From the NCBI GenBank assembly GCA_963782055.1, contig CAWAIF010000003.1, positions 5,408,001 to 5,472,000 on the forward strand: a stretch of 64,000 nucleotides of DNA, read 5' to 3'. Every line of letters begins with the position of its first letter. Position 1 is the first letter of the stretch. The DNA comes from an uncultured delta proteobacterium. Its GTDB lineage: Bacteria > Myxococcota_A > Polyangia > Polyangiales > Polyangiaceae. Position numbers and translations under genes: made by a program. Under the pieces are notes generated by a model that ran no database searches, was not told where the DNA came from, and saw nothing but the letters and a program-made list of their open reading frames with translations. Below are positions 56,303 to 64,000 of the stretch, piece after piece.

Positions 56303-57912
56303 GGCGCCGCCTCCGCGCGCACCGGGATGAAGCCGAGCAAGGTGGAGAGCCCGAGCGTCAGCGCGCCGGCCGACGTGTCGACGCGAAGCCCGAGGTTGAA
56401 GGTGAAGTCGACGGGGAACCGCGCGGCGCCGTCGTAGCCGCTGGGCGGCTGCTGCAGCAGGTGGTCGTCGGCGAGGGCGTAGAAGCCCGCCGAGGCGAAG
56501 GCGTCCACGCCGTAGACCGACTTGGTGCCGCGGTACAGGGGCAGGCGGTACTCGGCGAAGAGCTTGGCGACGTAGGTGCCGTAGCGCATCTCCGAGACGT
56601 CGGTGCCGAAGAAGCTCGGCGCCGCGCGCCGGTCGAAGGCGAGATTGAGGACGCGGTCGGGCAGCAGGTCGGTGAAATCGCCCACGTAGTAGCGCTCGAA
56701 GAGCGGGGCGTCGCCGACGATGGCGCCGCCGCGGGCCTCGAGTCGCAGGGTGTGATGCCACGGCAGCGTGATCCAGTGCGCGAGGCGCGCCTCGATCTTG
56801 CCGTACGGGTAGCTCGACCCGAAGGGGACGAGGGAGAGCTCGCCCAGCAAAGAGACGTAGGTGCCGCGCCCGGTGAGGACGGGCTCGTCGCGCGTGTCGT
56901 GCACCAGCGTGCCGCGGAGCGTGGAGAGGACCGAGCCGCCGGGCACGATGAAGAAGTCGATGGGCTCGACGTCCTGCCCGCGCACGTGCGACGCGGCGAG
57001 CGGCACCGTCGCGTCGACCTTCTCCAGGCGGTAGTCGGCGAGCAGGTGCGTGCCCGGGCCGAGCTCCCGCGCGACGCCCACCTGGCCGCCGAAGCGCTCG
57101 TAGCTGACGAGGGCGAAATCGGTCGCGCCGCTCTGCGTGGGGTCGTCGACGAGCACGTCGCGGTTGCCGAAGAAATCGCGCGCGTGGTTGAACAGGAGCT
57201 GCGCGCTCACCGACCACCGCGACCCGAGGAGCTGCGGGGCGGCGAAGCGGGCGCGCAGGGCGAGCTGGTCCTCCGCCACCGCGAGCCCGCCGCCGAGCGT
57301 GAGGCCGGTGCCGGCGAGGTTGGTCTCCGAGACGTCCAGCCCGCCGTAGGCGGTCAGCGGCCGCGCGGCGCCGCTGGGCTCGGCGTCGGAGGCGAGGCCG
57401 AGCCAGATGTCGTTGACCAGGATGGTGTTGCGCTCGGTGACGGTGACGACGAGCACCGCCGTTCCGCGCTTGCTGCCGCGGCGCAGGGAGAGCTGCACGT
57501 CCTTGAAGAAGCCCGTGCCCAGGAGGCGGAAGCGGGTGAGGTCGATCTCCTTGTCGTCGACGTCCAGCGTGTCGCCCGCCTTGAAGTGGACGTAGCGCAG
57601 CACCACCGGCGTGAGGGTGCGGGTGTTGCCGCGCACCTCGACGCCCTCGAGCACGTAACGCACGCCCACGCGCGCCGGGGCGATCGGCGCCGGGGCGACC
57701 TCCGCCGGCGTCGCGGTCCCCTGCCCTCCGCCGGCGTCGACCGGCGGCGGCGGAGGCGGCGGCGCGGTCTGGGTCGGGGCGGGCGGCGTGCCCTCCGGCG
57801 GCGTGAGCTCGCCGCCCCACGTGCGCAGCGGGCCGGCCGCGTACGCCGCGCGCGCGACGAGCAGCGCCCCGGCGGCTGCGGCCACGAGACGCGCGCGACG
57901 AAGCAAGCTCAC
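56299..57912 (-). CDS. Omp85 (BamA/TamA-like) outer-membrane protein with a single POTRA domain
   Basis: VEVRGNTRT...LLGTGFFKDV...VTVTER (POTRA), ETNLAGTG, HDTRD, amphipathic strands. Confidence 0.8.
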   Translation of the reverse strand: MSLLRRARLVAAAAGALLVARAAYAAGPLRTWGGELTPPEGTPPAPTQTAPPPPPPPVDAGGGQGTATPAEVAPAPIAPARVGVRYVLEGVEVRGNTRTLTPVVLRYVHFKAGDTLDVDDKEIDLTRFRLLGTGFFKDVQLSLRRGSKRGTAVLVVTVTERNTILVNDIWLGLASDAEPSGAARPLTAYGGLDVSETNLAGTGLTLGGGLAVAEDQLALRARFAAPQLLGSRWSVSAQLLFNHARDFFGNRDVLVDDPTQSGATDFALVSYERFGGQVGVARELGPGTHLLADYRLEKVDATVPLAASHVRGQDVEPIDFFIVPGGSVLSTLRGTLVHDTRDEPVLTGRGTYVSLLGELSLVPFGSSYPYGKIEARLAHWITLPWHHTLRLEARGGAIVGDAPLFERYYVGDFTDLLPDRVLNLAFDRRAAPSFFGTDVSEMRYGTYVAKLFAEYRLPLYRGTKSVYGVDAFASAGFYALADDHLLQQPPSGYDGAARFPVDFTFNLGLRVDTSAGALTLGLSTLLGFIPVRAEAAP

Positions 57913-57973
57913 GCCGTGACCTTACCAAAATCGTCGCGTCCGACCCGCCGTCGTGCGCGGCGCGCGCTGGTGA

Positions 57974-58636
57974 TCAGCCGGCGGAGGGCGCCACGGCGTC
58001 CGGCTGCGCCTCCGGCGCGGCCGCGGCCACGAAGGGCAACGCGAGAGAGGCCTCCGCCGCCGCGGAGACGCGCGGGAAGCGAGAGAGGTCCACGCCGAAG
58101 CGTCGCGCGCTGTAGACCTGCGGCACCAGGAAGGCGTCGGCCGCGGAGAAGGCGTCGCCGTAGGCGAAGCGGCCGTGCACGCCCAGCATGTCGTGGCGGA
58201 CCATCGCGCGCTCCAGGCCTTCCAGCCCGCGCTCGTTGAAGTGGCGCCCCCACGCGATGCGCTCGGCGGCGGCCTCCGGCGCGTGGTGCAGCAGCACGTG
58301 GAGGTTCTGCAGCGGCTGGATGCCGGCGTTCACCATCTCCACCATCGCCCGCACGCGCGCCCGGTCGAAGGGATCACGCGGGTAGAGCGGCGGGTCGGGG
58401 TGCAGCTCCTCGAGCAGCTCGAAGAGCGCCACCGACTCGACGAAGGGTTTGCCGTCCACCTCCAGGCACGGCACGTAGCCCATCGGCGAGCGCGCGACGT
58501 GCTGCTCCGACGACTGCTCCTTCGCGAGCAGGTTCACCGGAACGCTCCGGTGAGGGAGGCCCTTGTACCCGAGGGCGATGCGCACGCGGTAGGAGGAGGA
58601 GCTGCGCCAGTAGGTGTAAAGGACGAGGTCGCTCAT
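57974..58636 (-). CDS. maiA: Maleylacetoacetate isomerase (GST zeta class)
   Basis: LYTYWRSSSSYRVRIAL, GIQPLQNL, ADAFLVPQVYSARRF, AAPEAQPDA. Confidence 0.92.
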   Translation of the reverse strand: MSDLVLYTYWRSSSSYRVRIALGYKGLPHRSVPVNLLAKEQSSEQHVARSPMGYVPCLEVDGKPFVESVALFELLEELHPDPPLYPRDPFDRARVRAMVEMVNAGIQPLQNLHVLLHHAPEAAAERIAWGRHFNERGLEGLERAMVRHDMLGVHGRFAYGDAFSAADAFLVPQVYSARRFGVDLSRFPRVSAAAEASLALPFVAAAAPEAQPDAVAPSAG

Positions 58637-58848
58637 GCCGCCGTGCATCATAGGAGTGACGCGAAGGTGACGCCGCGCAAAGACGGCGGCCGGGGCGATG
58701 CGTGTGGAGTGCATGGATCCACCCCGCGTAAACCATTGAAATCACGCGCATCAGTCGCTGTCGGGCCTGTGGACAACTTGTGATTGATTGAGCCGTCAAG
58801 CAATGGCTCGGCCCTGGGGCCGCGTGCCACGCGCCGTGAGGCGCGGGG

Positions 58849-59886
58849 TCACCGCAGGCGCGTGACCGCCCCGGAGGACTCGACACGCAGGGCATGGGCA
58901 CGGCTGCCCGTCGCCCCCCGCGGGAGTGCGACGCGCATCGTGCCGGGGCGGTCGAGCATCACGTCGACGCGCTCGGCCACGTCGGGGACGTGCGGCACCG
59001 CGACGTTCACCGGCGCGCGCCAGAGCGACGCGCCCGAGGCGTCGTACCGGAAGCCCTCCACCCGATCGCCCGCGCCAGCGCCGGTCGCGTGCATGAAGAG
59101 CGTGGCGCTCTCCGGGGTGTCCATCACGACGGTGACCGGACCGGGCGCGCGCCACCGGGCGCCGACGGCGAGCCCCTCCCGCGGGAAGGCGAGCATGCCG
59201 TCGTCCCGCAGGAGCTGGGCGCGTGGGCCGGTGGGCGTCGACGCGACGACGAGCACGCCGTGGCCCGGCCAGAAGGCGGCGGAGAGCGCGCCGCACGCGT
59301 CGGTGGCGAGCACCTGGAAGTCGGCGAAGGGCGCGCCGTCACCGTCCCACACGCGCCCGGCGACCAGATGCGTCGGCGGGTCGTAGACGAAGACGGAGGC
59401 GCCGCCGAGCGCGTGCGCGGCGAGCGCGAGGTGATGGACGGGCGGCTGGATGCCGGCCACCGGACGCTCCTTCGACCAGACGAGACGCGCGCCGTCGACG
59501 ACGAGGAGCACCGGATCGCGCTCGTCCTCGCGCGCCAGGAGGATGGCGCGGCGCGCGCCCGGGAAGCCCACGCGCTGCTCGAGGAAGGGGCCGCGCGCGG
59601 ACCGGCCGAAGTGATTGTGCAGCAGCCCCATGTGCGGGGCGAGCGCCGGGTCGTCCTCGAGGCGGGCGAGCGTGGTGCGGCGCGCCTCGCCCGCGGGGGC
59701 CGGCGGCGGCAGGTCCGCGTGTGTCGCGGAGACGAGGCCGGCGTCGGCGACGACGCCCGCCGCGTCCGCGGGCGGCGCGGGAGCGCTTGGCGCGGGAGCG
59801 TCCGGCGCGGCATCGGCACCCGAGCCCTGCGGGTGGTGGCACGCGCCCGCCGTGACGACGAAGAGCGCCGCGCGCAGCCCCCTCAC
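58849..59886 (-). CDS. Hypothetical lipoprotein
   Basis: GTGA overlap with the ppi stop; lipobox-like AGAC; DA-rich linker, then a beta-rich domain. Confidence 0.6.
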   Translation of the reverse strand: MRGLRAALFVVTAGACHHPQGSGADAAPDAPAPSAPAPPADAAGVVADAGLVSATHADLPPPAPAGEARRTTLARLEDDPALAPHMGLLHNHFGRSARGPFLEQRVGFPGARRAILLAREDERDPVLLVVDGARLVWSKERPVAGIQPPVHHLALAAHALGGASVFVYDPPTHLVAGRVWDGDGAPFADFQVLATDACGALSAAFWPGHGVLVVASTPTGPRAQLLRDDGMLAFPREGLAVGARWRAPGPVTVVMDTPESATLFMHATGAGAGDRVEGFRYDASGASLWRAPVNVAVPHVPDVAERVDVMLDRPGTMRVALPRGATGSRAHALRVESSGAVTRLR

Positions 59887-60395
59887 GCGCCCTGGATGGT
59901 CACCCGGTTCATGCGGACGGGCGTCTTCGGCCTGTCGGAGGAGTCGGTCGGGGTCTTCTCGATGGCGTGGACCACGTCCATGCCCCTGACGACCTTGCCG
60001 AACACCGGGTGCTTGGACGCGCCGGGGGAGAACCAGTCGAGGTACCCGTTGTGGACGGTGTTGACGAAGAACTGGCACGAGCCGGTGTTGGGCGCGCCGG
60101 TGTTGGCCATCGAGAGCGTGCCCGGCTCGTTGGACAGGCGCGCGGTGTGCTCGTCCTGGATGGGGCCGTCGGGGCCGTCGCCGGTGCCGGCGATGGGGCT
60201 GTTGGGATCGCGGCTGTGCGGGCAGCCGAACTGCAGCATGAAGCCGTCGATGACGCGGTGGAAGTGCAGTCCGTCGTAGAAGCCGCCCTTGGCGAGCTTG
60301 ACGAAGTTGTTCGCGGTGATGGGCATCTGGTCGACGAAGAGCTCGACCTCGATGTTGCCGAGCGAGGTCTCGAGCAGCGCGGTGGGGTTGGCCAT
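59883..60395 (-). CDS. Cyclophilin-type peptidyl-prolyl cis-trans isomerase
   Basis: [37 protein letters not shown]. Confidence 0.95.
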   Translation of the reverse strand: MANPTALLETSLGNIEVELFVDQMPITANNFVKLAKGGFYDGLHFHRVIDGFMLQFGCPHSRDPNSPIAGTGDGPDGPIQDEHTARLSNEPGTLSMANTGAPNTGSCQFFVNTVHNGYLDWFSPGASKHPVFGKVVRGMDVVHAIEKTPTDSSDRPKTPVRMNRVTIQGA

Positions 60396-60462
60396 GGGCC
60401 GGAAGCTAGAACAACGCCCGGCGTTCGGCTACGCCGAAGCGCGCACGTGGCCTCCGGGGCGG

Positions 60463-60852
60463 CTACTTGCAGGTCGGATCGGTGCAGTCGTTGGAGCAGG
60501 TGCCGGTGCCGACCTGCGAGCAGGTGCAGCTCTTGGTGCAGGCGTTGATGACGCAGTTGCCCGTGTTGTTGCAGGCCAGGGTGCAGCCGTCGCCGCCGCA
60601 GGAGAGGGTGACGTTGCCGGTGTTGGTGGCGGTGACGTCGCAGCCACCCTGGTCGCAGGTGAAGTTGCAGTTGCTGGTGCCCTTGCAGACGAAGTGGCAC
60701 CCGGCGCCGTCGCAGCTCTTGGCGCAGTTGCCGATTCCGTCGCAGGTGCAGGTGTCGCCCGCCGCGCAGGTCCCGCTGGAGTTACCGATGGTGGCGACGC
60801 TGCACCCGGTGACGAGCGCCGCGGCGAGCGCAAAGGACAGGATGTGACGCAT
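60463..60852 (-). CDS. Small Cys-rich repeat lipoprotein (129 aa, 21 Cys)
   Basis: MRHILSFALAAALVTGC lipobox; 19-aa Cys repeats; GGAGG RBS upstream. Confidence 0.8.
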   Translation of the reverse strand: MRHILSFALAAALVTGCSVATIGNSSGTCAAGDTCTCDGIGNCAKSCDGAGCHFVCKGTSNCNFTCDQGGCDVTATNTGNVTLSCGGDGCTLACNNTGNCVINACTKSCTCSQVGTGTCSNDCTDPTCK

Positions 60853-60997
60853 GGAAAGCCTCCCTGCGCCGCCGGCCCGAGGCGCGTCGCTCAGGATATC
60901 GGGTCCCCGGACCCCAGCCAAGCTGGACCGTTGTGCCGTCAACGATTGCGACCGTCCAGGCTGTACAATCGCGCCGGCCCGACGGCACACTAGGCTG

Positions 60998-61591
60998 GTG
61001 CCGCCGAGGTTTCTGCTCCTCGAAGACGACGTGCTGGTGGCGCGGGCGATGCGACGCCTGATCAGCCCCTCGGGGGAGGTCGTCACCGCAGGGTCGAGGG
61101 CCGACGCCGAGCGCGAGCTGCGGGCGTCCATCGAGTGGACGGCGCTCTTCGTGGACGTTCGCCTGCCCGACGGCTCCGGGCTGGACCTGCTGGCCCTGGC
61201 GCGCGACCTCGGGTGCGGCGCGCCGGCGCTGGTGCTCACCGCGCTGCACGAGGCCGCCGAGATCAACCGCGCCTTCGCGCTCGACGCGCGCTTCCTCGTC
61301 AAGCCGGCGGAGGCGCCGCAGATCCTCGCCTTCGTCAAGGAGGCCATGGCCAAGCTGGCGAGCGTGGAGGAGCGCGCCGAGTCCTGGTCGGGGCGCTACC
61401 AGCTCACGCCCACCGAGCAGCGCATCCTCGTCGCCGCCGCGCAGGGAACGCCGCGCGACGACCTGATGGAGGGCGGGAACATCGCGAACGCCACCCTCAA
61501 GAAGCACGTCCACAACCTGCTGCGCAAGACGGGCGACCCTTCCCTTCTCGCGGCGGCGGTGCGCATGCTCGCCGAGCGCCCATCCGGCTGA
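60998..61591 (+). CDS. Response regulator with LuxR-type HTH
   Basis: LLEDD, FVDVRLPDGSG, VLTA, VKP; LTPTEQRIL...TLKKHVHNLLRK. Confidence 0.85.
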   Translation: MPPRFLLLEDDVLVARAMRRLISPSGEVVTAGSRADAERELRASIEWTALFVDVRLPDGSGLDLLALARDLGCGAPALVLTALHEAAEINRAFALDARFLVKPAEAPQILAFVKEAMAKLASVEERAESWSGRYQLTPTEQRILVAAAQGTPRDDLMEGGNIANATLKKHVHNLLRKTGDPSLLAAAVRMLAERPSG

Positions 61592-61627
61592 CGCTAGGCG
61601 CCACGTCAATTTGGGCGCGCCTCCCCC

Positions 61628-62791
61628 TCACCACGCGAGCGCGGGGAACGGTCGACCGGGCCTGGCGAAGAGGAAGCCCTGGAGCAGATCGCAGCCCAGG
61701 TCCACGAGCACGTCCCGCTCCTCCGGGCGCTCGATCCCCTCCGCGACCACCAGCATGCCGAGCTCGTGGGCGACGCCGACCATGGCCGTCACGAGCGAGC
61801 GCTTCACCGGCTCGCGGTCCACGTCCCGGGTGATCGCCATGTCCAGCTTGACCAGCTCCGGCTCCATGAGCGCGAAGCTCGTGAGCCCGGCGTAGCCGGC
61901 GCCCAGGTCGTCCACCGCGATGCGGTAGCCCATCGCCCGCAGATCGCGGATGCGTGCCTTGGCGTCGGGCACCTCGTCCAGGGCGACGCGTTCGGTGATC
62001 TCCAGCACCACCCGCGACGCCATGCGCGCGAGCGCGGTGTCCGTGTCGTAGAGCGTGGCGTCCAGCAGGTCGCGCGCGTGGAGGTTGACGAAGAGCTGGC
62101 CGCAGGCCTCCTGGCTCGCCGGCTCCGGCGCCAGGCGGCGGATCGTCTGCCCCAGCCGGTGCACGAGCTGCAGGCGCTCGGCGGCGTCGAAGAGGGCGCC
62201 CGGGTGCGGCAGCGCCGGCTCCACGCTCCGGACGAGCGCCTCGTGCCCGAACACCTTGCGAGACCGGATGTCGACGATGGGCTGGTAGGCCATCCACAGC
62301 GTGCCGAGCGCGCGATCGAAGGTGGCCTGCAGGCCGGCGCGATCGCCGATCAGCTTCTCGCCATCACCAAGGAGGCCGAGCGCATCACGCTTGATGCGCG
62401 CGAGCCGGCACAGGCGGACCGCGTGCAGCGTGGTGGCGACGAGGTCGTCGTTCCGGAAGGGCTTGACGATGTAGCGCAGGGCCCCGAGCTCCACCGCCCG
62501 GATCGCCGTGTCCAGGCTGGGGGCCCCGGTCATCAGCAGGACCGGTACGTCCAGATCGCGCTCGCGGATGCGCCGGAGCAGGGCGATGCCGTCCAGACCG
62601 GGCATCTGGATGTCACTCAGCACCGCGTCGAAGGTGTGGCGGCCCAGCTCGGCGATCGCCGAGGCGCCATCGCCGACGGCCACGACATCGTACCCGGCGC
62701 GGGTCAGCAGGCGGTTGCAGACGGAGCGCAGGCCGTCCTCGTCGTCCACGACCAGCACGGAGCGTTTCGGTTCGGTGGCGAGCTGCGACAT
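61628..62791 (-). CDS. REC-EAL c-di-GMP phosphodiesterase
   Basis: Receiver VVDDE/SDIQMP/VKP; EAL domain YQPIV, HEALVR, FVN, LEITE, DDLGAGY, VKLD, AEGIE, QGFLF. Confidence 0.92.
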   Translation of the reverse strand: MSQLATEPKRSVLVVDDEDGLRSVCNRLLTRAGYDVVAVGDGASAIAELGRHTFDAVLSDIQMPGLDGIALLRRIRERDLDVPVLLMTGAPSLDTAIRAVELGALRYIVKPFRNDDLVATTLHAVRLCRLARIKRDALGLLGDGEKLIGDRAGLQATFDRALGTLWMAYQPIVDIRSRKVFGHEALVRSVEPALPHPGALFDAAERLQLVHRLGQTIRRLAPEPASQEACGQLFVNLHARDLLDATLYDTDTALARMASRVVLEITERVALDEVPDAKARIRDLRAMGYRIAVDDLGAGYAGLTSFALMEPELVKLDMAITRDVDREPVKRSLVTAMVGVAHELGMLVVAEGIERPEERDVLVDLGCDLLQGFLFARPGRPFPALAW

Positions 62792-62918
62792 CGTCTCCTT
62801 GGAGGCGGGCGCACGGTCGAATCGGCCGGCGCACCAACCTCCAAGTATCGAGGAGGGGCCTCAAATGTCGATACACCCCAGGGTGTAGACGCGGCGCGTC
62901 AGGGCGCGCACATCCTCC

Positions 62919-64000
62919 TCAATGGGGCGGCTCGGGCGGGGGCTGGGTCTCGTCCTGCACACAGGACGAGAGGTCGAAGAAGAGGAACTCCAGGGCCATC
63001 TCGTCGGCGGCGTGCGGGCTCTTGTTCGGGTCGGTGGCGCAGTAGCTCGGGAAGCTGCCGTACGGGGCGTCGGAGAGGTGCACGTCGGAGAAGATCGCCT
63101 TGCCGCACTGGTTCTGCACGTTCGTCGACACGGGCGTGTTGAAGCTGAAGTAGTAGGCGTCGTAGTTGCTCTTGATGTCGCCGTTGTACAGCCACGGGGT
63201 GGCGGTGCCGGCGGCGACCAGGCTCGACGAGAGCTGCCCCATGTCGTAGCGGATGTCGTTCAGCCCGGCGTAGCCGTGCTGCTCGCCGCCGCCGATGGAG
63301 GGGTCGATCTTGGTATTGTTGTCCTTGTACCAGTCGGCGAACGCCTGGCCCTTGGGGATCGCCACGTCGATGTTGAAGCAGCGGTCGACGTTGTAGCCAC
63401 CGAGCGGGCAGTAGGTCGAGTGGGTGTTGTCCGGCAGGTACTGGTTGCCTTCCCATGCGCCCACCGTCGGCAGCGGGTTCTGCCCCTGGCAGGTGTTGTC
63501 GTAGCCGCCGCACTGCGCCTTGGTGGAGAAGAAGTTGTAGAAGAAGTGAGTGGCGAAGGCGCGACCGCCGCCGTTCAGGTAGGCGAGCATGTTCTTGTAG
63601 CCCTGGTTCGTGCCGCCGGCGCCGCCGCGATCGAACGTGGAGCACTCGCACGCGTCGAAGACGATGTCGTGCTTGAGCATCTCCGCGGACGAGGCCCACA
63701 GGGCGGTGGCGCTGCCCGACCCGCCGGAGAAGGTCTGCCCGTCGTCGTACTGGCTCTTGTAGACGTGGACGCGGCCCTTGCCGGTGGGGCTGGTGAACTC
63801 GCTCGGGTCGATGCCGATGCGCGACTTGAGGAAGCACTCGGCGCCGTCGCAGCCGGTGGTGAGGGCGATGAGGGGGATGTTGTCGTCGGGGGAGGTCTCG
63901 TGCTGCTTGCGGGGGAAGCGCAGCGACTTGTCCGGCTGCGGGTTGTCCGTGCACTGCTTGACGGTGCCGATGGTCAGGTGGCGGCGCCACTTGCCGAGCT
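62919..64000 (-). CDS. Cys-containing secreted protein of myxobacterial type (partial, start outside window)
   Basis: Frame open to the window end; GKWRR..., GCDGAEC, GGRAFATH, YFSFNTP, CGKAIFSDVH, ALEFLFFDLSSCV. Confidence 0.7.
   Translation of the reverse strand, partial: LGKWRRHLTIGTVKQCTDNPQPDKSLRFPRKQHETSPDDNIPLIALTTGCDGAECFLKSRIGIDPSEFTSPTGKGRVHVYKSQYDDGQTFSGGSGSATALWASSAEMLKHDIVFDACECSTFDRGGAGGTNQGYKNMLAYLNGGGRAFATHFFYNFFSTKAQCGGYDNTCQGQNPLPTVGAWEGNQYLPDNTHSTYCPLGGYNVDRCFNIDVAIPKGQAFADWYKDNNTKIDPSIGGGEQHGYAGLNDIRYDMGQLSSSLVAAGTATPWLYNGDIKSNYDAYYFSFNTPVSTNVQNQCGKAIFSDVHLSDAPYGSFPSYCATDPNKSPHAADEMALEFLFFDLSSCVQDETQPPPEPPH

Overview
A very GC-rich, densely coding chromosomal window. Its gene content points to a myxobacterium, probably Polyangiaceae/Sorangiineae-like: a TIGR04551-like beta-barrel, a GltJ/AgmX-like ZnR-GYF-TonB protein, a DUF4175 + MA-peptidase pair, Cys-rich VWA lipoproteins, a Hanks kinase and many sigma54 elements. 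About 50 CDSs are supportable. Housekeeping genes include ihfA, queA-tgt, dprA-topA, greB, def, psd, fabH, fused otsAB, ddl, uvrC, maiA and a cyclophilin. I saw no rRNA, tRNA, CRISPR array, integrase or transposase. Most notable: (i) tandem ~830-aa MIDAS/VWA lipoprotein paralogues, each with a sigma54-like promoter and a GCCAA-N5-TTGRC palindrome at identical spacing; (ii) an XPB-like helicase + DUF790 (Bax1-like) nuclease pair interrupted by a frameshifted persulfide dioxygenase; (iii) a sigma54 operon led by a receiver with Asp->Glu at the phospho-site, followed by queA-tgt and a MshEN-REC-TPR protein; (iv) an S-x-P-P motif recurring in disordered regions of many unrelated proteins; (v) a 19-aa-periodic Cys-rich lipoprotein; (vi) a REP-like hairpin family directly after stop codons. 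All calls come from motif recognition by eye; no searches were run, and start codons are best estimates.
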